From positions 1-46,631 of the IMG/VR virus record IMGVR_UViG_3300045988_051605: a stretch of 46,631 bases of DNA. One strand, 5' to 3'. This document shows positions 27,317 to 33,606 of this stretch, piece by piece; positions within the stretch are counted from its first letter, which is position 1, and each line of letters starts with the position of its first letter. The stretch is from a virus. The notes under the pieces were generated by a model. It was not told where the DNA came from. It was given only the letters and a program-made list of their open reading frames with translations, and made no database searches. Position numbers and translations under genes: made by a program.

Positions 27317-27380
27317 CATAGAAAGGTGGGTATGCCTGGAGAAATATACGGAGGGGTAGCTCCATAGAAAGGTGGGTATG
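27317..27380. repeat. Two perfect 18-nt direct repeats catagaaaggtgggtatg (27317..27334 and 27363..27380)
   Basis: Read directly; 46-bp periodicity, between the two leftward promoter candidates. Confidence 0.9.
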
Positions 27381-27403
27381 ACACCCCACCCCCCACCTCT
27401 CCC

Positions 27404-27432
27404 CATATAGCATTTGATTTTCTATTTGTCAA
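27404..27432 (-). promoter_or_regulatory. Second leftward promoter candidate (TTGACA, 17 nt, TATATG)
   Basis: Minus strand: -35 at 27432..27427 and -10 at 27409..27404. Confidence 0.5.
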
Positions 27433-27604
27433 GTCGAGGGCCCCCCAACCCTCTCCTATGCTGCACTACCACATTTTCCCTGCCTTGTCAAATTATGTGC
27501 CCCCGGTCAAATGTGTAAAGACAATCCTGTCACTCTGACAACCCACACCCCCTCCAACTCGCGTGACGTGCGTCATATGATCCCAGTCACAAGTCAACTC
27601 CGAG

Positions 27605-27685
27605 CTGCGTGCCCCTACTCACGAAGTACCCACTACCTAACTTAACTTAGGCTATCCTAACTGCGTGGCTGCACTCACGAAGCAC
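27605..27685. repeat. Two 25-nt direct repeats ctgcgtgNNNNNactcacgaagNac (27605..27629 and 27661..27685), 21/25 identical
   Basis: Read directly; 56-bp spacing. Confidence 0.8.
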
Positions 27686-27784
27686 AAGTAAAGTTGTGTT
27701 TACCTTTGCATCAACTTGCACGAACTGGCATGATCTATTCGTCAGAGTGTCAGGTGAAAAATTCTCGCGAAAACCCCCTTTTTC

Positions 27785-27955
27785 GCTGATTATTCCTAGA
27801 TTTTTTTATTGAAATACAATCAGCAAATTATTACCTACAGAGAATAGTTATAAAACATAGTTGTAATAAGTATGTTCTATATACTAGATGTTCTAAAATA
27901 GATAATATTCTTAATACTATAGATAATATTATTACTAATAAAGAAAGTTATAAGA
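27785..27955. other. AT-rich island (about 20% G+C) with internal short direct repeats; candidate DNA-unwinding element/origin
   Basis: 33 G/C counted in 27801..27960. Repeats atgttcta x2 and tagataatatt x2. No ORF of 60 aa or more on either strand. Confidence 0.7.
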
Positions 27956-28279
27956 TCCGCGTAAAGAAATCATAGAAAAGTAGTGGGTGGTCAGTTTTCG
28001 ACCATCGCAAAAAACGCTCTAAAACGCCCTCTCACGCCTTTTCAGACCCCTACCTAGGCCATGACACTACCCCCACCCTAAAACTCGCTCAGATCGCCTT
28101 CTAGACCCCTTAACGACGGTCCTAGCATTCAACGTCAGCCTCTAACCCTGTTGTCGCCACGCTGTGCATACGCGTATAGCACATCAGCTTTCAAAATGCA
28201 AAACTGTTCCATATTTTGAGATGTCAAATAAAAAGCTATGGTCAAGTCTAAAGTGTTACCTGTTTCACTCTCAAGATCC

Positions 28280-28308
28280 TTGACTTTTATCCTTTATTCA
28301 TGTAAACT
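28280..28308 (+). promoter_or_regulatory. Rightward promoter candidate (TTGACT, 17 nt, TAAACT) reading into the repeat array
   Basis: -35 at 28280..28285 and -10 at 28303..28308. Confidence 0.5.
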
Positions 28309-28339
28309 GTCAGGGTCACCGCCCTCAGTATGTGTAGAA

Positions 28340-28925
28340 CACACGCACATCAGCAAGGCAGCAAGGCACACATCAGCCTAGCGAGGCACACCAGCAAAGC
28401 AAGGGGGCTGTCGAAGCAAAGCAAGCCAAGGCCACGCACGCCCTTAGCAAGGCGCACGTGTACGCCTAGCAAGAGCCGGCTGTGTCGAAGGCGTCAGCAC
28501 TGGAACTAAGCAACATGAGGCCCGGGGGTGTCGAAGGCATACGCATACGGGCGGCATGCTGATAGCCCGCCTAACACGGGTTAGCGAGGCTTCAGGAACC
28601 AGACCAGCTATGAGCCGGGGCTGCCGAAGCGTGAGCACATAAGGGCACAGGGCTGTCGAACACTGAGGGGCTGCCCTTGTGCCCCTGAGCAAGGTAGGCG
28701 GGGCCATATACCGATAGCTGTCGTATACATCAGCAAGCCTGTGCCCCTGTCGTTATAACTAAGGGCCCTCCCTGTCGTCTGCGTATGCGCAGGGCGCACA
28801 CACCTAAGCCCCTTGCTTGTGCGCCCGTGCCTGTGTTGAAGGCTGTGCTGTGCACCTGTCGAAGCCTTGCCCCTGTCGTATGCCCAGCGAGCCACACCCC
28901 TGTCGTATGGCGCTAGCAAGCCCCG
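28340..28925. repeat. Degenerate repeat array: about 12 copies each of (T/C)AGCAAG(G/C) and C(T/C)GTCG(A/T)A motifs, often paired as AGCAAG, 6-10 nt, CCTGTCG
   Basis: Read directly. No plus-strand ORF of 60 aa or more; the minus-strand ORFs here are Arg/Pro/Cys-rich and look spurious. Confidence 0.75.
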
Positions 28926-28958
28926 CTCAGGATGTGGTGCAGGTCACGCAGACTTGAG

Positions 28959-28988
28959 TTGACACTCTGACAGACGCTGCGCTAAGCT
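28959..28988 (+). promoter_or_regulatory. Early rightward promoter P1 (TTGACA, 18 nt, TAAGCT) with tandem TGACA-ctc-TGACA
   Basis: -35 at 28959..28964 and -10 at 28983..28988. Confidence 0.6.
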
Positions 28989-29046
28989 TAAGTCATCGGC
29001 AAGGGAAACAGCCCAAAGGCGACCGCCGTGAGGCGAGCAAAGCCCC

Positions 29047-29074
29047 TTGACCCGAACGATCTTGACTGTAAACT
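29047..29074 (+). promoter_or_regulatory. Internal promoter-like element (TTGACC, 16 nt, TAAACT)
   Basis: Read directly; same -10 hexamer as the 28280 element. Confidence 0.35.
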
Positions 29075-29188
29075 AAATGACGTGGAAGGCGTGGCTTGCA
29101 CCACGCGGCGGGGTTGGCACCCCTGCCACAACTTCCACAGGCCAGATGCTAGCGCACAGGGTAGCCGCCCACCGCGCTGCATACTTCA

Positions 29189-29244
29189 GAGCCGCGCCCC
29201 CTCACAGAGGCAGGTGAAGGCAGGTTCGATTCCTGCCCGGCTCA
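29189..29244 (+). ncRNA. tRNA-like minihelix E1 (acceptor stem plus canonical T arm, no D or anticodon arm)
   Basis: Acceptor gagccg(c) 29189..29195 pairs with (c)cggctc 29237..29243 (6 bp plus one C-C mismatch). T arm gcagg-ttcgatt-cctgc at 29220..29236. Discriminator A, then CGA. Confidence 0.55.
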
Positions 29245-29273
29245 CGATGTGACACACATCACGAAGCTTCCAG

Positions 29274-29303
29274 TTGACAGAGTGACAGCCTACGCGATAG
29301 GCT
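29274..29303 (+). promoter_or_regulatory. Early rightward promoter P2 (TTGACA, 18 nt, TAGGCT) with tandem TGACA-gag-TGACA
   Basis: -35 at 29274..29279 and -10 at 29298..29303, 40 nt upstream of the first rightward start. Confidence 0.6.
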
Positions 29304-29343
29304 GTAGCCACAAGGTCAAACACCGCACCGAAAGGTAACCCCA

Positions 29344-29565
29344 ATGACACACCTCATCACCCTCACCGACGAGTACACCCGCGTACCCCAGCTCACCCGC
29401 ATCGCCGGCGACTACGACCGCTACAAGGAATGGTTCGCCCTCGTACCCGGCTTCAACGCCTACGACGCAGCCAAGTGGGCACAGCGCGTTTGCCGAGGCC
29501 TCCACGGCGACCGACAGGCACTGAGCCAGCTCGACGCAGCAGGATTCAGCCTCACCATCTACTGA
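29344..29565 (+). CDS. Hypothetical protein, 73 aa; first gene of the rightward arm
   Basis: ORF track; accgaaaggtaacccca then ATG. Confidence 0.65.
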   Translation: MTHLITLTDEYTRVPQLTRIAGDYDRYKEWFALVPGFNAYDAAKWAQRVCRGLHGDRQALSQLDAAGFSLTIY

Positions 29566-29576
29566 CCACCAACCAA

Positions 29577-29614
29577 CGCCCGGCCCTGATCACAACCCCA
29601 CGCGGGGCCGGGCG
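29577..29614 (+). other. GC-rich stem-loop between the first two rightward genes
   Basis: 10-bp stem cgcccggccc / gggccgggcg with an 18-nt loop and no U-tract. Confidence 0.45.
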
Positions 29615-29632
29615 CCCCAAAGGAAACCAACA

Positions 29633-30106
29633 ATGAACATTGCCGCCCTAGCAGCCATAGCCCTACTCGCCACAGCACCCGTCAATGTCGCCGCAACCGA
29701 AACCAACAACGACGGACTCACAGTCGAATACGTCCCCCTTGACCAGGTGCCCGACTGGTATACGACCAAGCCCTACATGCACACCGGGGTATGCATGATC
29801 ACTGAGCAAGACATCACCTGCGCCACCGACACACAGTGGAAACGCGTCACCCTCCACGACAGGTACACGCGAGCACTGTACAAGTTCATCCAACCCACCC
29901 CTCGAAAGGAAACAACAATGAACCAGCTGGCCACCATCGCCGACGTGTACGACGAAATCCGCAACGCAATAGGCGAGAACGCCGACGACTTCAACATTGA
30001 AGGCATCGCCAAGGCCGCCTACATCTTCAACCCTACCACGAGGGCTTTCGAACCCTCCCCCGAGGTCACGTTCTGGGCAGCTGTCGAAGCCAACCACCAG
30101 AACTAG
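29633..30106 (+). CDS. Secreted hypothetical protein, 157 aa, with an in-frame internal start candidate at 29918
   Basis: Signal-peptide-like MNIAALAAIALLATAPVNVAA. RBS aaaggaaaccaaca then ATG. Confidence 0.65.
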   Translation: MNIAALAAIALLATAPVNVAATETNNDGLTVEYVPLDQVPDWYTTKPYMHTGVCMITEQDITCATDTQWKRVTLHDRYTRALYKFIQPTPRKETTMNQLATIADVYDEIRNAIGENADDFNIEGIAKAAYIFNPTTRAFEPSPEVTFWAAVEANHQN

Positions 30107-30119
30107 CTCCAACAGAGCA

Positions 30120-30167
30120 TCCCCGCATCAATGGCGACAAAGCCGGGTTCAATCCCCGGGCGGGGAA
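30120..30167 (+). ncRNA. tRNA-like minihelix E2 (7-bp acceptor stem plus canonical T arm, 16-nt linker)
   Basis: tccccgc 30120..30126 pairs with gcgggga 30160..30166. T arm ccggg-ttcaatc-cccgg at 30143..30159. Discriminator A, then CGA. Confidence 0.6.
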
Positions 30168-30220
30168 CGAAGCACCCTCAACAGGTGAGGGCGCTCAACC
30201 CAATACCGAAAGGTAGAATC

Positions 30221-30478
30221 ATGTCGAAGACCTACAAGACCGATCCCTGGGACGTGAAGGAAGCGCGTGGTGTCGAGTGGCACCCCCGTGAGTTCCGCAG
30301 GGAGCACTCTCTGTACACCCGTCACACCCGGGCCCTGAGCAAGCGCATCCGTGCTCGCGAGCGCCGGGAGATGGAGCGGATTACCCATGACCTTGAAGCG
30401 TGGGAGTCCTACTACCCGACCGGGGCAACGCTCCGTGAGTTCGAGACCGCTACGAACAAGGATGGGTGGCAGTACTGA
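30221..30478 (+). CDS. Hypothetical basic protein, 85 aa
   Basis: Start MSKTYKTD preceded by accgaaaggtagaatc. The longer ORF-track start would read through E2. Confidence 0.65.
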   Translation: MSKTYKTDPWDVKEARGVEWHPREFRREHSLYTRHTRALSKRIRARERREMERITHDLEAWESYYPTGATLREFETATNKDGWQY

Positions 30479-30801
30479 TGGCAACCATCAAGGCAACGCT
30501 CCAGAACCTGAAAAACAACGGTTGGGGCTACTACCCCTGCCTTGTCGGCGGAAAGCTTCACATCAACAGGGACAGGAACTTGTACATGCTCGTGCGCAAT
30601 GACACCCACGAGATTGTGTGCCAGTGGAATAAGCACACGGGCGTCGTGTGGGTTCTCGGGGAACTCGCTTGGCACGAGAAGAGCGCCATTAACCAGATCA
30701 TCGAGGTATGGCGGCCCTGGTACCAGGTTGACTGGGAGACCTGGGAGGTCACACACCACCGGGCATACAAGACCCTACTCCCCCTGAAGCAGTTAGCCTA
30801 G
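30478..30801 (+). CDS. Hypothetical Trp-rich protein, 107 aa
   Basis: ATG 30478 overlaps the upstream TGA (TGATG). Confidence 0.6.
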   Translation: MATIKATLQNLKNNGWGYYPCLVGGKLHINRDRNLYMLVRNDTHEIVCQWNKHTGVVWVLGELAWHEKSAINQIIEVWRPWYQVDWETWEVTHHRAYKTLLPLKQLA

Positions 30802-30817
30802 ACACAATCACTAGGCA

Positions 30818-30866
30818 TCCCGGCCCTGATGGTAGGCGCGTGAGGGTTCGACTCCCTCGCCGGGAA
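30818..30866 (+). ncRNA. tRNA-like minihelix E3 (7-bp acceptor stem plus canonical T arm, 17-nt linker)
   Basis: tcccggc 30818..30824 pairs with gccggga 30859..30865. T arm gaggg-ttcgact-ccctc at 30842..30858. Discriminator A, then CGA. Confidence 0.6.
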
Positions 30867-30902
30867 CGACAGAAACAAAACCGAGACCGAAAGGTAAAAA
30901 TC

Positions 30903-31382
30903 ATGCTGTCACGCAAATGCGCAGAATGGATCATTGGACCCGAACTGACACCCGAACTCGCAGCCACCATCGTGGATGGCGGGCTGCAAGGTAGCGACAT
31001 CTGGGATGACGTGTGCACGTTCGCAGGTGGCTGGTGCAATGACACCAATGTTTTCCTTACGTGGGACGCTATGGGTCGCCCCGACGAAAGCGAGTACATG
31101 GAGCCCGATTACGATATGGAACGGGACCCCGAGCGTCGCCGTGCCATTGTCGCTAACGCCCGCATCTCAGCTATGTCACAGCTCGTTGCAGACGAATTGA
31201 TCAGCGTCGTGGAAGAGATCCTGGTTCGTGATGGCTGGACCATTCGCCCCGCGTCTGAGGTGGAAGCTGAAACGGACCCTCACGGTGTCGGCTGGGTTGA
31301 GGATGGGTGCGACGCCCTTGGCTTCGCAGGTGAGGGCTACCTGTTCGCGCCTCACAAGGATTCGTCTTCCTCGGTATACTGA
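30903..31382 (+). CDS. Hypothetical acidic protein, 159 aa
   Basis: Start MLSRKCAEW preceded by accgaaaggtaaaaatc. Confidence 0.65.
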   Translation: MLSRKCAEWIIGPELTPELAATIVDGGLQGSDIWDDVCTFAGGWCNDTNVFLTWDAMGRPDESEYMEPDYDMERDPERRRAIVANARISAMSQLVADELISVVEEILVRDGWTIRPASEVEAETDPHGVGWVEDGCDALGFAGEGYLFAPHKDSSSSVY

Positions 31383-31398
31383 AGGGTTGGTGGCTGAC

Positions 31399-31791
31399 AT
31401 GTGGGATGAACTGATTGAAGAAATCGGCAAGCAAGATGACTACCGTTCGTATCTAGACAAGTTGCAATTGTCTGTTGCAGGGTATGTCAAGGATGATATG
31501 GGCTGGGACCTGACAGTTATCAACCCGTGGTTTGTTGAACGAGGGTACGAGTTCGTTGGCTACTTGGACTTGTTCAGCGAGAACGAACCGTCCGGCATCT
31601 TCGTTGCTGTCGAAGGTGTCGTATGGCGGTGCAATACCAACATAGCTGACAACCAACTGTACTGGTATTTCGAGACCGAGGCGAGCGAAGGCATGAGCCT
31701 TGATGACATGTGTTTCCTACATGGCTGGGCACACCAGTTCATCTGGGATTCAGAGGATAAGAAATGCTACATCGTGGACATTGCTGAATGA
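31399..31791 (+). CDS. Hypothetical acidic protein, 130 aa
   Basis: Start MWDELIEE at 31399; the rest of the ORF-track frame upstream overlaps the previous gene. Confidence 0.6.
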   Translation: MWDELIEEIGKQDDYRSYLDKLQLSVAGYVKDDMGWDLTVINPWFVERGYEFVGYLDLFSENEPSGIFVAVEGVVWRCNTNIADNQLYWYFETEASEGMSLDDMCFLHGWAHQFIWDSEDKKCYIVDIAE

Positions 31792-32114
31792 AAGGAACAA
31801 TGATGTACGGAAAGATTGACCCTGAACTGCTTGTCGATTGGGAGCTGCGAAAGTCGTATAGCTCTGAAGAGCTTGGGATTGAACCAGACTTGTGGGATTA
31901 CGTCAAGAAGGATGGTTCCCTCATGACTCTCGAAAGCCTTGAGGATGCTTGCACGCGCGTGTTCGACAATGCGAATAAGGCTAGTCTCATCTTTGGGAAG
32001 GTCTACACTGCAAGTGAGATCGCACGCGAAGTCGCGTGGGATGATTGGAACGACTATGTGAGGGATTCGTTGTCTGCTATGTGTGTCGAAGGCATTATCC
32101 GTCGGATTAACTGA
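31788..32114 (+). CDS. Hypothetical protein, 108 aa
   Basis: ATGA start/stop overlap at 31788..31791. Confidence 0.65.
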   Translation: MKGTMMYGKIDPELLVDWELRKSYSSEELGIEPDLWDYVKKDGSLMTLESLEDACTRVFDNANKASLIFGKVYTASEIAREVAWDDWNDYVRDSLSAMCVEGIIRRIN

Positions 32115-32233
32115 AAGGAAATTCCATTGGGATAGTCTGGAAGAATGCTTTAGTGACACACATCAAAACATTGAATGGATGAACGAAAACAACCCTAGTA
32201 CTCTGTGGTAAAACAACAGAAGGAGAAAAAACA

Positions 32234-32569
32234 ATGAACACTGAAGCACTCGTTGCAAAGATTGTCAAGCTCAATACTGAGATCGCTGAGCTGACAGAGG
32301 TCCGTGATAGGCTGAAGCGGGAACTGTGCGCAGCCTTCCAACCCGGAGACAAGCTCACAGTAGGCGACACGTCCGTGTCGTTCATGGTGCGGCGCACAGT
32401 TAACCCAGCGGTGGTTGAGAAGATGGCAGCTTTCAAGAAGCTGCCCAAGACAGTGCGTGAGGCTTGCTACGACAAGCCCAAGCTGAACACGCGCAAGCTT
32501 GCAAGCCTGGGTCTGATTGACCTGGAACCTGCTACCAATGTGTCGGAGGTCTACGCGACGTTCCGATGA
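32234..32569 (+). CDS. Hypothetical protein, 111 aa
   Basis: RBS agaaggagaaaaaaca then ATG. Confidence 0.7.
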   Translation: MNTEALVAKIVKLNTEIAELTEVRDRLKRELCAAFQPGDKLTVGDTSVSFMVRRTVNPAVVEKMAAFKKLPKTVREACYDKPKLNTRKLASLGLIDLEPATNVSEVYATFR

Positions 32570-32793
32570 GGTGGAAGACATACAACACGGGTAGTAGTTA
32601 CACTATTGAACAGGTGGAAGCCACTGCCCTTGCCCTGGAAGACAGCGAGCTTGTCGAGTATTCTACTCAGTGGCTTGAGTCTGTCAGGCAAATGCGGGCT
32701 GCTGAAATCATTCACAAAACCCTGGGAACAGGGGCAGAAATCGAATTGCCTAACGGCATCAGCATTTACATTGAAGGGAGAGAAGAATGCTAA
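32566..32793 (+). CDS. Hypothetical protein, 75 aa
   Basis: ATGA overlap at 32566..32569. Confidence 0.6.
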   Translation: MRWKTYNTGSSYTIEQVEATALALEDSELVEYSTQWLESVRQMRAAEIIHKTLGTGAEIELPNGISIYIEGREEC

Positions 32794-33167
32794 AGGAGTG
32801 GGTAGAAGGGTCCACCATCGAGTTGGAAGAGTTTAAGGGAGACACCTTCTACGAGCTTCACTATGATTGTGATGACACTGAGTGGGATGCTCTGCATGAT
32901 GACTGGTTTCGTGGCCTCGGCTTCACTCAGTGGTGGAATGAGATGCTTCCTTCCGTCGGTTACGAAGAGTGGGGCGGACAGAATGGCCGATTCTTGTGGG
33001 TGAAGGATTGGGCAACACTCGTTGTCATCCCCGGCGTGCGTGAACTACCATCGTTCGGCATCAAGGCAACATTCAATGAGGATAGCCTTGAAGAAATTGA
33101 ATACGCAGAAGGTGTCGTTAAGGATCGCATCTTCTATGCAGAAATTATTGCAACAGAAAGGAACTGA
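32787..33167 (+). CDS. Hypothetical strongly acidic Trp-rich protein, 126 aa
   Basis: ORF track; 7-nt overlap with the upstream gene. Confidence 0.6.
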   Translation: MLKEWVEGSTIELEEFKGDTFYELHYDCDDTEWDALHDDWFRGLGFTQWWNEMLPSVGYEEWGGQNGRFLWVKDWATLVVIPGVRELPSFGIKATFNEDSLEEIEYAEGVVKDRIFYAEIIATERN

Positions 33168-33168
33168 C

Positions 33169-33507
33169 ATGTCTCTAGATGAAATCACTACAAAGTACCA
33201 GCAAGTTTGTGTCAAGGCTGTCGAAGCCGCTATCCGACGGGTGGCTGCAAAGCATGACGTTAACGAGCTTGTTGACCAGGGATTCTACGCAGCAACCTAC
33301 CTGTATGGTGGGACTAACCTGACCATTTGTGCTGAGGTTGGGCGTGACGGGTATTGGGGTGTTGAACGCCCTGAGACGGATGTGTCGGCCATCAATGAGG
33401 ATCTACAGTCTGCCTTGGATAAGCTCGGACTAGATGTCATCCTTAACGCCATGCTCACACAAGATATGGAATGCACTGAACAAGTTGTTTTCTGGGAGCT
33501 AGGCTAA
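33169..33507 (+). CDS. Hypothetical protein, 112 aa
   Basis: Start MSLDEITT at 33169, 1 nt after the upstream stop. Confidence 0.6.
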   Translation: MSLDEITTKYQQVCVKAVEAAIRRVAAKHDVNELVDQGFYAATYLYGGTNLTICAEVGRDGYWGVERPETDVSAINEDLQSALDKLGLDVILNAMLTQDMECTEQVVFWELG

Positions 33508-33606
33508 TGAACATTGATTGGACCAAGTACCAGACAATTAGGCGAGTGTACGCAAGAATTGAAGGAGAATACCACAATGCAGACTGATTACTCGAGGATT
33601 TGTTAA

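Noticed and set aside
27331-27411. Two 10-11-codon plus-strand mini-ORFs opened by the 18-nt repeats
   Set aside because: The SD-like GGTGG ends only about 2-3 nt from the ATG, the peptides are unrelated, and the orientation opposes the local (leftward) transcription. They are reported as DNA repeats instead.
28444-28919. Two minus-strand ORFs (87 and 103 aa) in the repeat array
   Set aside because: They overlap each other, have Arg/Pro/Cys/Ala-rich translations and lack an RBS. They coincide with the degenerate DNA repeats, so the open frames are most simply a by-product of the repeat composition.
28340-28925. Possible CRISPR array
   Set aside because: The repeated units are only 7-9 nt, degenerate and irregularly spaced, with no 25-40-nt conserved repeat alternating with unique spacers. 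No cas genes are present.
29082-29138. Three-way junction that superficially resembles a tRNA cloverleaf (7-bp outer stem; loop ttGGCac)
   Set aside because: It has no T arm and no nucleotides 8-9. Its 6-bp and 7-bp inner stems are of non-canonical length and abut directly, so it does not fit a tRNA.
29028-29252. 74-aa plus-strand ORF (GTG start) in the P1-P2 interval
   Set aside because: The translation is Arg/Pro/Cys-rich, and the ORF reads straight through the structured region and the tRNA-like E1. It was kept as non-coding leader, although translation cannot be excluded without data.
29663-30112. 149-aa minus-strand ORF
   Set aside because: It is antisense to the 29633..30106 gene. It has a Gly/Val/Asp-rich mirror-frame composition and lies in an arm transcribed rightward.
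29189-30866. E1-E3 as genuine tRNA genes or as attP cores
   Set aside because: They have no D arm or anticodon arm (only 16-24-nt linkers), so they cannot decode. An attP role is unlikely because both acceptor strands are present, there are three copies, and no integrase gene was found.
33507-33587. 26-codon ORF (MNIDWTKYQTIRRVYARIEGEYHNAD) filling the gap before the helicase gene
   Set aside because: The TAATG coupling to the upstream gene is suggestive, but the ORF is too short to support without conservation or expression data.
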